Assembly (NCBI RefSeq): GCF_006345805.1
Contig: NC_043016.1
Location: forward strand, 12,028,001 to 12,092,000
Direction of reading: 5' to 3'
Source of the DNA: Octopus sinensis
Taxonomy: Eukaryota
DNA length: 64,000 nucleotides
The position numbers and the translations under genes were made by a program. Below, piece by piece: positions 13,575 through 24,087 of this stretch (within the stretch, counting starts at the first letter, position 1; every line of letters begins with the position of its first letter). The notes below the pieces were generated by a model. That model was not told the origin of the DNA, did not search any database, and worked only from the letters and a program-made list of their open reading frames with translations.

Positions 13575-13915
13575 AATGAACAGAGAGGGGTTGAAGACAG
13601 AGCCCTAATAAATCCCTCCCACTAAATTCATTATAAGCTATCACCTTACTGCTTGCACCTCAATACATACCTTGTATAAGTCTCTCCAACCCATTCATCT
13701 AACTTTTAGATTTCTTTGTGACCAATAAATAACAGAGCAAGGATCCTTTCAAAGGCATTTTCCAGATCTACAAATGCTAGGTATAGTTTACTTCTAGTTA
13801 AGTACTTCTCTTGCGGTCGTCTCATGAGGAAGATGGCACTGGTGGTACCTCTTTCCTGGTACAAGACCAAACTGCATCTTATCTAGATTAACCTTGTTCC
13901 TAATCAGTTTTGCAA
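13575..13915 (-). pseudogene. RTE-clade LINE RT remnant
   Basis: LDKMQFGLVPG / GTTSAIFLMRRPQEKYL...LYLAFVDLENAFERI ... GSVFNPSLFIIV. Confidence 0.75.
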
Positions 13916-14261
13916 TAAATTCTAAGTATATCATCATCATTTAATGCCTCTTCTCCATGCTAGCATAGGTTGGACAGTCTGACAGGAGCTGGTCATCTGG
14001 AGTGCTGCCCAGGCAACAATTGTCTGTTTTGGTATGGTTTCAACAGACAGGATGCCCTTCCTAATGCTATTCTTGAAAAGTAGTATGGGATTTCTCACAG
14101 ACCAATACATCTGTAAATTGCATGCATAGATGTGTAACGGAATGGTCTGACACTGCTATAAGACAATACATTCTTGAGCAAACAAATAACCATTCAATGC
14201 AAATGATTGCAACATAACATGAACAATACTTCTATTCTTATTTTTTTACTATCAATATATA

Positions 14262-14302
14262 TATAGTCTGATGAATGAGAATGTGAAACTCTGAGTAACA
14301 GA
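14262..14302 (+). ncRNA. Degenerate hammerhead-like motif
   Basis: CTGATGA at 14268-14274, GAAAC at 14285-14289, then near-palindromic ACTC-T-GAGT-A; stems I and II pair poorly. Confidence 0.35.
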
Positions 14303-14403
14303 TTTTGTGATGTCTTTGCAGCTTTATTAATAAAACATGTGACTCCACTTCTGGTATTTGAGTACTATTTATGAGCTCACTCTAATGTATATATGTATGT
14401 GTG

Positions 14404-14455
<52 letters not shown>

Positions 14456-14844
14456 CACACACACACACACACATATATATATATGAAGGAAGATGATTAT
14501 CAGAAATGCGTTGTTTATGTTCTGAGTTCAAATCTCATCAATGCTGATTTATCCCACTTCTAGGTTTGACAAAATTAATTCCAGACAAGTACCAGGATTA
14601 GTATATTCAACTGTCCTGAGAACACATCAAAGAAATCCCTAGGACTTGAACCTCAGATCACAGAAAGGTGAAACCTCTGGCAATTTATCTGAATAAGTGC
14701 ATGCATGGATAAATAGTAATAATACGCATATGTACAAATGTATGGCACAAACAAAATTGCGTGTTAAAGGAGTTTTTGCTTTGCAGCCATATGAATTCAA
14801 TTTTGGTCACACAGGATATCTTTCATCTGGGCAGATATCTTTCA

Positions 14845-15221
14845 TGTGATCAATGCCAGAACCGTCTGACTCGTGCCCGTGCCGGTGGCATGTAAAAAGT
14901 ACCATCCAAAAGTAACCGATTCCAGTACCCACTGACTGGTTCCCATGTTGGTGGCATATGAAAAGCACTATCCAAATGTGATCAATGCCAGGCCCACTTG
15001 ACTAGCCGTCATGCCAGTGGCACGTAAAAGGCACCCACTACACTCTGAGTGGTTGGTGATAGGAAGGGCATCCAGCTATAGCAACACTGCCAGATCAGAT
15101 TGGGGCCTGGTGCAGCAGTTGGCTCTCCAGACCTCAGTCAAACCGTCCGACCCATGCCAGTATGGAAAAACAGACGTTAAATGATGATGATGATCACCAT
15201 GATGGTGGTGGTGGTGGTGGT
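14845..15221 (+). mobile_element. Family C retroposon with (ATG)n tail and 13-bp TSD
   Basis: CAGATATCTTTCA at 14832-14844 and 15222-15234; internal tandem sub-repeats; many other copies, e.g. 1560-1710, 5525-5710, 7205-7355 and 19350-19605. Confidence 0.75.
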
Positions 15222-16540
15222 CAGATATCTTTCACTAGAGCAGATCAACCAAAAGCCATATCAGTGGATCTAGTAGGCAGAAACAGAAAGAAGTCTATTG
15301 TATGCACGCATTCATGAATGAATACGTACGTACTAGGCACGTGCCATCAGTAATTACTCAGGGTAGGCAGTTGTGACCTTTATGTAATAAAACACACAAA
15401 AAACAAGTGAAACAATCAGAGGTGCACGACTGAGTAGAAGGTAGAGTTACTTCTGCCTTTATAGGTATTGTAGGAATGTACGCAGCACGTATACTACAGC
15501 AGTCCTATGCATATCTTAATACTGAGATTGAAAGACAGGGGCGAATTATGCTTACCTAATCTGCAAAACAACATAAAATATTTTGCATTTTATACATAGG
15601 AATCAGAGTAACCTTCATAATTCTATTGAATTAGGTGCATATTTTGCCATAAAAGGAAAATGTCACTATTGCTCTATTTTATTCAGGTTAGGCACTGCCT
15701 ACCTTGGCTAACTAGGCAGCACGTCCCTGATGCATACATACATGTATAGTACTAACATAATTGTTTGTTTTAGGAGTTTTTGCTTCATAACCGCACAGAT
15801 TCAATTCCAATCTTACTGAATGATACTTAGGGCAAGTACCTTTTACTAAAGATCCCGGCCAACCAATGCCATGTGAGTGGATTTGATAGACAGAAACAAA
15901 AAAAGTGTGTGTATATGTATGCATATCTGTGTGTGTGTGTTCATGTCTCTTTGTTTCGGCACAGCGTGTTAATTGCAAACAAAGATCAGCGTCACAAAAG
16001 TGTTGTTGTTCATTTGAGATCATCCGTGAAAATATGCACAGTCATTGTACTCTTCATGTTCGAATGACAAGGAGAAAATATTACTTTACCAGGAAATAGG
16101 GCAAGGCTGGCAACACAAAAAAAAAAAAAAAGCATCTGGCCTCAGAAAACCTGCCACCATTAATTTTATCTGACCCAAACAAGTATTAAAATGATGGTGA
16201 CGATAATTTTTTTTAAATTGAATGTTTCTTTCCAGTAATGCAGGGAGAGTTATTGTCACAGAAATTATTTATTTATCTACCTATTCCTACATACATAATA
16301 GAATACAAATGAGAGTGGCAGGAGCAGTAAGCCAACAATTTATCATGCTCTCTCTCCCCTCTCTCTCAATCGACCTGTTTATTACTTTCTTGTGTATTCT
16401 TGCGTCATTACTATCTGGACACACATTATATATATATATATATACATATATACATCTAATATAGGATAAAAATTTTTTCCAAAAAATTTTATCAATGGCC
16501 AGCATATTAAAAAAATACCTTTAAAGGTTAAACTTTATAA

Positions 16541-16638
16541 ACAACTTATAAACAAGGGCAAAAGAAAAAATTTCTAATGCCAAATATGCCGAATATTTGG
16601 CATTAGAAATTTTTTCTTTTGCCCTTGTTTATAAGTTG

Positions 16639-16639
<1 letters not shown>
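16541..16639. repeat. Perfect 47-bp inverted repeat with a 5-nt loop
   Basis: 16541-16587 is the exact reverse complement of 16593-16639; loop GCCGA; followed by (TA)n. Confidence 0.92.
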
Positions 16640-16711
<72 letters not shown>

Positions 16712-18279
16712 TATATATATATGTATATATATATCCCTCTATCCCCTCTCTCTATTAACACACACACACACACATATATATAAATACCATTTACTGTTTA
16801 CTTGTTTCAATCATTTGCCTGTGACCATGCTGGGGCATCACCTTGTTGTGTAGTCAAACAAATCGGCTCCCAAGACTTATTTTTTTAAGCCCAGTACTTG
16901 TTCTATTGGTCACTTTTGCTGAACTGCTAAGTTACAGGGGTTTAAACACACCAACACTGAATGTCAAGCAGTGGTAGGGGACAAACATAGACATAAAGAT
17001 ACACACAGATATATAAATATTTAAATATAAATATATATAAACATATATATATAAATATAAATAAACATAAATACATGAATATATATATATATATATAAAC
17101 ACAAACACACATACATGTTGAAAAAATCTATTCACAAGGCTTTGGTTGACCCAAGGTGCCATGCAGTGGAACTGAACCTGGGACCATGCGGTTGGTAAGC
17201 AAGCTTCTTACTATACAGCCATGCTTGTGCCTATATCACTATCATCATTAAATGTCCACTTTCCATGCTAGTATGGGTTGGACGGTTTGACTGAAACCTG
17301 GTGAGCTGCACCAGGTTCCAGTCTGATTGGGCATGGTTTCTTTGGTTGGTTCCTTATGCCAACTACTCCAAGAGTGTAGCAGGAGAGGGCTAGCTTAGCT
17401 ATTTCTCTGTAGAGTGAGGAAAATGATGGAACAGCCTCAATCGATTTTCAAACCTTATGTGTTTCTCATCAGAGGAGACTACATCAATTTGACCAATCCC
17501 AGAGAAACAAACAGCTAACCTGTTTACAGACTCAACAATTAGACAGTAGCCACAGAAAACTGGTGCCCCTAATTTGCATACCAAATGTATTAAATCATCA
17601 CAGGCACAAAACACTTTGTTTAGATCCGGTGTTTAGTTACATTGCTTAATATATGTCAATCAACCGTTTTCTCTCCCTCTCTATTTACCAATCCGTCACG
17701 TGCTCCTTCAGTCTGAGTCACATACTCACACACACACATTCCTCATCTTTCCCGCCATACTCCCCTATATATTAATCAACTTATCTATCTATCTGTGTGT
17801 GCGTTTGTGTGTGTACACTCACACACAAGCATATGTATGCATGTGTATGTCCAAGTCCACACCAGGCCACATACAAACCACCAGATCAAGTCTTTCTCCC
17901 TCTAAACATCAGCAACCTGGAAGCTCCTACCTGTTCATGTTTTCTTGCAAGTGTCAACATGCAGTAAGTGAAAGTGGAACATTGCCAAGAGCAGTCCGAC
18001 TGCCTTTGGATGCTCTAGATGCAACATTTATATATACACACACACCACATTCATGTGTATATAACATATAAATGCATTATCATTATCAGCATCATCATTT
18101 AATGTCCGTTTTCTGCGGGTTAGGTGGTGTGTATGTATATATATATATATATACACACACACACATTAATATATATATATATATCTTTGTTATAAGATCA
18201 TAAATCAGAAAAGAGCATACCCTAAAATAAAGATATATATATATATATATATATACACATACATACATACATATATAGT

Positions 18280-18618
18280 GAAGGCGCATGGTTCAGTGGT
18301 TAGGACATAGAGCTTACAATCATGAGGTTGCAAGTTTGATTCCCAGACCAGGCTGTGTGTTGTGTTCTTGAGCAAGACACTGTATTTCACGTTGGTCCAG
18401 TTCACTCAACTGTAGAAAATGAGTTGCAACATCACTGGTGCTAAGCTGTATCAGCCATTGCCTTTCCCTTGGATAACATCGGTGGTGTGGAGAGGGAAGG
18501 CTAGTATGCATGGGTGACTGTTGGTCATCCATAAACAATCATGCCCGGACTTGTTCCTTGGAAGGGAACTTTCCAGGTGCAATCCCATGGTCATTCATGA
18601 CCAAAGTAGGCCTTTACT
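18280..18618 (+). mobile_element. tRNA-derived SINE (family E); inverted copy at about 6795-7125
   Basis: GAAGGCGCATGGTTCAGTGGTTAG...GTTTGATTCCC head; shared body ggtgcaatcccatggtcattcatga. Confidence 0.75.
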
Positions 18619-20744
18619 ACTCTTTTATATACTGTTGCCACAATTATTATTTATCAGAGCTTAATTGTAATTTTTCATTAAATCCAAAAGGATGAAAAGT
18701 CAGGATTTGAACTGAGAATTTACATAGAATATATAGCATGAAACCAAGAAAACAGATGAAAAATAAAAAAAAAGGAAACAATAAACATATTCACCACTAT
18801 TATTGACAGAATGGGTACACTAGTATGTATCACAGAATTGGCCAGGCTATCATATGTTGTTATACAACGCTGATCACAATGCGCTTTGCATCATTTTAGC
18901 TTTTGAATGACACCACCCCACTGATTAGGCATGTAAACCAACATTCCTCCTGATTGAAAAGCCATTCTATCACAGGTGTACCCTTTTATACCCCTTTACA
19001 GCTAAGTTGACAAGAACAACATACCACCCAGCCCAGAAAACGAACCCACTAGGCCACATACCTATCACACACACACACATTCAAGAGGGTGACAAGTTCT
19101 AAAGAAACTATGCCGCACTACTTAGCATAAAGTACTCAAGAGTAAGTCCAAGAGTGAATAAAATATTTAATCCTAAATCATTTGTCTGAAAAAATATATT
19201 CTGTCAGAATAATGATTATGGCTTGTGTGTGTGTGTGTGTCACACTAATCTTTCATCATCCGGAACAGGATCACCTTCTCCAATTCCCCCTCCCCTCTCA
19301 AAAGATCTTTTTCTTGCAAGTTACTTGGTGACCTTGTCAGTGCTGATGCCATATAAAAAGCATCCAGTCCACTCTGCAGGGTGGTTGGTGTTAAGAAGGG
19401 TATCCAGCCATAAAGACCATGCCTGTGCTAGTGCAATGTAAAAAGCACTCAGTCCACTCTATGGGGTGGCTGGTATTAGGAAGGGCAACAAGCTGTAAAA
19501 ACCCTGCCAAAACAGACAAAGCATGGTGCAGTCTTCTGCCTAGCTAGCTCTTGTCAAACTGTCCAACCCATGCCAGCATGGAAAGCAGATGTGAAATGAT
19601 GATGATGTAAACAAGAGATATGAAAACATCATTTGGTGAAATAGACTGATATTTTCCAAAACTCAAACACAAACATGAATTGTTCTTACAGAAAATTTTG
19701 AACATCCATCTTCATATAACAAAATGAGTCACTGATCTGAGGCATGGTTTGAATGGTTAAGAAATTCATTTCACAATCTGATTAATATTCCAGGTTTGAT
19801 TCTTTTAGCACCATCTGAGTGACAGAGCTGTGTAGGAAAAAACTGTTTTCTGTACATGTGTGTCTGTGTCTGTTTTTTAATAATGTAGATCTGTGATGGA
19901 TATAAACATCAGTGAGAAAAACAAAAAACTAGTATTTTCCAAACAAAATTCATTGAGATATATTTGTTCTGCATTAAGGTACAGACACTTCCTTGTCATA
20001 TTCAGCATCAGAAATACAAGGAGTTGAATGCTTATTGTCCAGCAATCTCCATATACAACTTATATTCTCTTTACACTTTTACTTGTTTCAGTCATTTGAT
20101 TGCGGCCATGCTGGAGCACCGCCTTTAGTCGAGCAAATCGACCTCGGGACTTATTCTTTTTTTGTAAGCCCAGTACTTATTCTATCGGTCTCTTTTTGCC
20201 GAACCGCTAAGTGACGGGGACGTAAACACCAGCATCGGTTGTCAAGCAATGCTAGGGAAACAAACACAGACACACAATATATATATATATTTATTATTAT
20301 TTTACTTAAGAAGAGCAATACTAACAACCAACTGCTAGAACTCGATATACATAAGAATCAAGTATCAGTTGAGTATAGACCAGCAATAAATTAAAATGAC
20401 AAGTGAATAGGAAATTATGCTGTGAACTTCATTAGCCTTATGGCTGTTTCTGCAATAACATGCAATACACTCATATCTGAATGCTTTTCTATTGCTCTAT
20501 AACTTCAAACATAGAATGCAACATACTCACTTATTCTTGTGGGACTAGTTTTTTAATAGCCATACAACTTGATTAGAATCTACACAGAATAATTGAAATT
20601 CTTATCTAAGTACTGAAATTTTAACCCAAATACCAATCTCCACCTAGCATCATTCAAAATTCGGTCCACTTATCTCAATTATTTTTCTATTGCTACTACT
20701 ACAACCTCTTGCCCCTCTGACCTTACTACCTTACATTTATGTTA

Positions 20745-20852
20745 GACTCTACTGTGTCACAAGGTTCAATTATGTTTCCACTCATGCTTCTGTTTATTAA
20801 TGACCTACTAGCTGACACTATTAAACACATGCACTCTTAAGTAGATACAACC
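20745..20852 (+). pseudogene. CR1/Jockey-type RT fragment
   Basis: DSTVSQGSIMFPLMLLFINDLL...HS*VDTT resembles GVPQGSxLxPxLFxxYINDL...FADDT. Confidence 0.6.
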
Positions 20853-21140
20853 AACTTTCACTCCTTAACCTTCTGCATACAAGCATCACGCACACACACA
20901 CTCCACATGACCTAAAAAACTTATGTCAGACTGGCGCTGATTCCAAGAAACATTCTTGCAGTATTGTTGCTTACTTACTGATCAACAACACACAGCTTAA
21001 AATCCTCAAATTTAAAATACTGCATACAGAACATGGACCCCCAAAAAAAAAAAAATTTATTTCAAAGCCCTGCATTACAAGTGAAGGTCTTTCCCTTCGG
21101 TAGGATTAGAAATGCACCTTTTGTCATTCATCCCTGATAA

Positions 21141-21182
21141 CACAATATGCTTAACTGTGAGCAAACTGTTACACTTGTCACA
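21141..21182 (-). pseudogene. Possible LINE C-terminal zinc-knuckle fragment (I-group-like)
   Basis: CDKCNSLLTVKHIV resembles CxxCxxxLTVxHIL; short match only. Confidence 0.35.
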
Positions 21183-22483
21183 GATTGATTTGTAATAAGA
21201 ACATGGTCAACAACCAGTCAAAGTTTCTGCTTGAACTGCAAAAGCACACCCAGGCAGCCTTCGATGATCGCAAGACAAATTGGGGTCTCAGAATGAAACC
21301 TATTTTTTGTATATGTTCTATAATGCATTTATCACGGGTTCACTTAAAATGGTATTTTTTTAACAAAACACCAGTAATAAATGAAGATAAGTGTACTTTA
21401 GCCCAGATTAGTTGCTGGCCCTCAAAACAAAATGCAAAAGTGAAACTCATATTAGAATGCTACTTTCTTGCCAGATCAGACTGGAGCGCAGCCTGCTGGC
21501 TTGCCAGTCTCCAGTCAAAGCATCCAACCCATGCCAGCATGGAAAGCGGAAGTTAAACAACAACGATGATGATGACTTTCATATCTGGCTTAATGAAACT
21601 AGTAACACACACAGACACATACATCCACTAGAAGGCTTTGTTAACAAAGACTCAGTGATTAGCAAGCTACTGTGATCCCACCTATGTCCCTTTTCATTTT
21701 TCTAACCCTCCTACCACTACTACATGGCTTCTGTGTCAATGTACTGGCTAGCCATTTGTGCTAATACCCCCACCCAACTCTCATGTGCACTGATCAACCC
21801 TATTTTGACTCACACCCAAACTGCATTTTATACTTTTTCCGATTCTTCCTATCTGGAGCTGCTGAACAGCACTAACCACAACAGACTAGGAAGAGCCACA
21901 GAGGTCATGGGACTGTTCCTTACTTATATTAAGCTTTTTAAAAAAAATACAATTTACACCCCCTCCCATTCTGGATGAGCATCTGGCACGAAAATATTGC
22001 AAAGATTAATAATATACAAATCAATAATAATTAATAATAATACCAACAATAATAATACATATATCACACATCAATTGTTTCAACCTCACTTTGTCAATAA
22101 AAATTACAAATTTGGGAGCAGCTAAAAAGTCCATGGGTCTTTTGCTCTCAAACCAGATAAAACAAATAAGAAAAGCCTATTTTAAAGTCAATCATCCCTG
22201 AATAATTTCTGTAATAATGTACCTAATCAAGATGAGGAACTGTAAAAAAAATTCTAATGTTTGACAGGTAAACAGTTCTTAACCATTTATCATATTTCAA
22301 GAAAATTATGCATTAGGGAAATTATTCCAGTGTAAATGCAAATTCAGACAAACATTGAAATTTACAGAATTATATATATATAATTATATAAATTATATAT
22401 AATTATATAAATTTACAGAATTATATATAAGTGGTCTTTGCAATAAATAAGACTTTGATTAAAATCAGGTGAAATATACTTAC

Positions 22484-22643
22484 GCAGCCAGAGTCTCTAC
22501 ACCTTGCTCTTTGTAATGCACCCGGGCTCGAACTTGTTCCAGTTCTTGCTTAAGCCTTGCAACTCTCTGTTTTGCATGAGAAACATCAGCTTTCAGCAAA
22601 TCTGGGTCGTATTTGGTGCTTCCTACGCTCGAGTTGGAATTCA
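22484..22643 (-). CDS. WWC1: KIBRA/WWC1 ortholog, coding exon 5 (coiled coil)
   Basis: Acceptor atttcAG; 160 nt; (L)NSNSSVGSTKYDPDLLKADVSHAKQRVARLKQELEQVRARVHYKEQGVETLA+GC, with the KIBRA SSSKYDPxxLKA motif; donor GTAAGT. Confidence 0.95.
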
Positions 22644-22793
22644 CTGAAATATAAACAATTAGGTTAAACAATTTAAAATCCTATAATGCATAACTTTCGG
22701 AATCAAAATGATGAATAAGATAAATGATCTATTTAGTTTCTGTATTTGATTTACAAGATTCTTATGTGAATTTGTGTATTGAAACAAATTTTG

Positions 22794-23133
22794 TTGTGTC
22801 TTGGGAGGGTCGTTATGTCAATAATAACAACACATGTGCAGGTTCAGTTCCACTTCTTTATTATTGGTTAAATATCTAACCAACTAACTAATGGATCATT
22901 TGCTTATCATGTTGGTTAAACAAGCAATTGAAAGCTGACCTTGGAGTGAGTAGGGATGTCACGGGCTACTGAAAAGGTTGCAAATAGTAACAAAAGAATT
23001 TTGACAGACAAAAACCAACTGACAGATTGTTTAACCAACGTGTTAAACAAACAATTAGTTAATAATAAAGAAGTGGAATTGAACCTGTGTTTAGTGCTAT
23101 TAATATTGGTGTAATGACTCTACCAAGACACAA
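22794..23133. mobile_element. Foldback MITE occupying about half of KIBRA intron 4
   Basis: Inverted arms: 22839-22865 vs 23061-23087 (26/27), 22911-22923 vs 23027-23039 (13/13), and outer ttgtgtcttgg at 22794 vs ccaagacacaa ending 23133. Confidence 0.75.
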
Positions 23134-23353
23134 ATTATCTACATTAGGCATAATTTAAGTATGTTCTTTAAAAAAACATACACAACAAAAATTGTCAAGG
23201 GTTTTCAAAATAATTACTTCATTCATTAAGCATTCTGACTTAATTTTCTATATTATATATAAAAAAAAAACACAATTTTAAAAAACAAACTGGTGGTGCC
23301 CCAGCATGGCCACAGCTCGTGAGCTGAAACTAGAATCAATCAATCAAACTTAC

Positions 23354-23462
23354 AACTGGTATGTGAAGATTTCCATCCACCCAAAGCTTCATTGTAATGT
23401 TTGTAGTCTTCTTGAGCAAGTTGCAACCGTTGTTCTTTCACGGAGAAAATTTCTCTGGTTGC
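23354..23462 (-). CDS. WWC1: KIBRA/WWC1 ortholog, coding exon 4 (not in the ORF track)
   Basis: Acceptor ttttctAG; 109 nt; ATREIFSVKEQRLQLAQEDYKHYNEALGGWKSSHTS+T, resembling KIBRA KEIYQVKQQRLELAQQEY; donor GTAAGT. Confidence 0.95.
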
Positions 23463-23902
23463 CTAGAAAAAAATGAAATAACATAAGAATTATTTATATC
23501 CAACAAGGCCAAACATTTCTTAGTTTACTGTTTATGTAGGAAACAGTTTTAGTGAGAACAATCTGAATAAAATGTAAACATGACTTCAAATAATCTATTT
23601 AAAAGACTGACATGTTCAAGTTAATGCTTGGTATTTTGGGCAAGTGCTTTCTACTATTAACCCTCGGCCAACCAACTCAGCTCAAAACAATATCTGTGTA
23701 TCGTTATGAAGGGAAATAACCTGGAAATCGCGATACACAGATATTGTTGTGAGCTGATTTGGGGTGCAAGATTCCCTTGTTTGAAAATATAAGGACACAG
23801 ATCGTGTTGTATAGCCAGCTGGAGATGATGTCTCCTGGGGCTAAATTACAGCAACATTTGTCCTAAACTAGGTCTGTCCTGTTATGTTGGCAAACAATCT
23901 TT

Positions 23903-24087
23903 ACTCCAGGGTTGATTTGCTGGACTAAACTTTTTAAGGTAGTGCTCCAGCATGGCCATAGTCCAATGACAGAAACAAGTAAAAGATAAAAGATATACTG
24001 GGATTGATTTGTTCAACTAAAACCCTTCAAGGTGGTGCCCCAGCATGGCCACAGTCCAATGACTGAAACAAGTAACAGATAAAAGAT
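23903..24087 (+). repeat. Two tandem copies of the same 93-bp SINE-tail module in KIBRA intron 3
   Basis: 23973-24065 is 93/93 identical to array unit 1 (60588-60680); the first copy is more diverged. Confidence 0.9.

Noticed and set aside
17400-17620. Coding-like stretch
   Set aside because: No recognisable motif in any frame; probably a decayed repeat, left unannotated.
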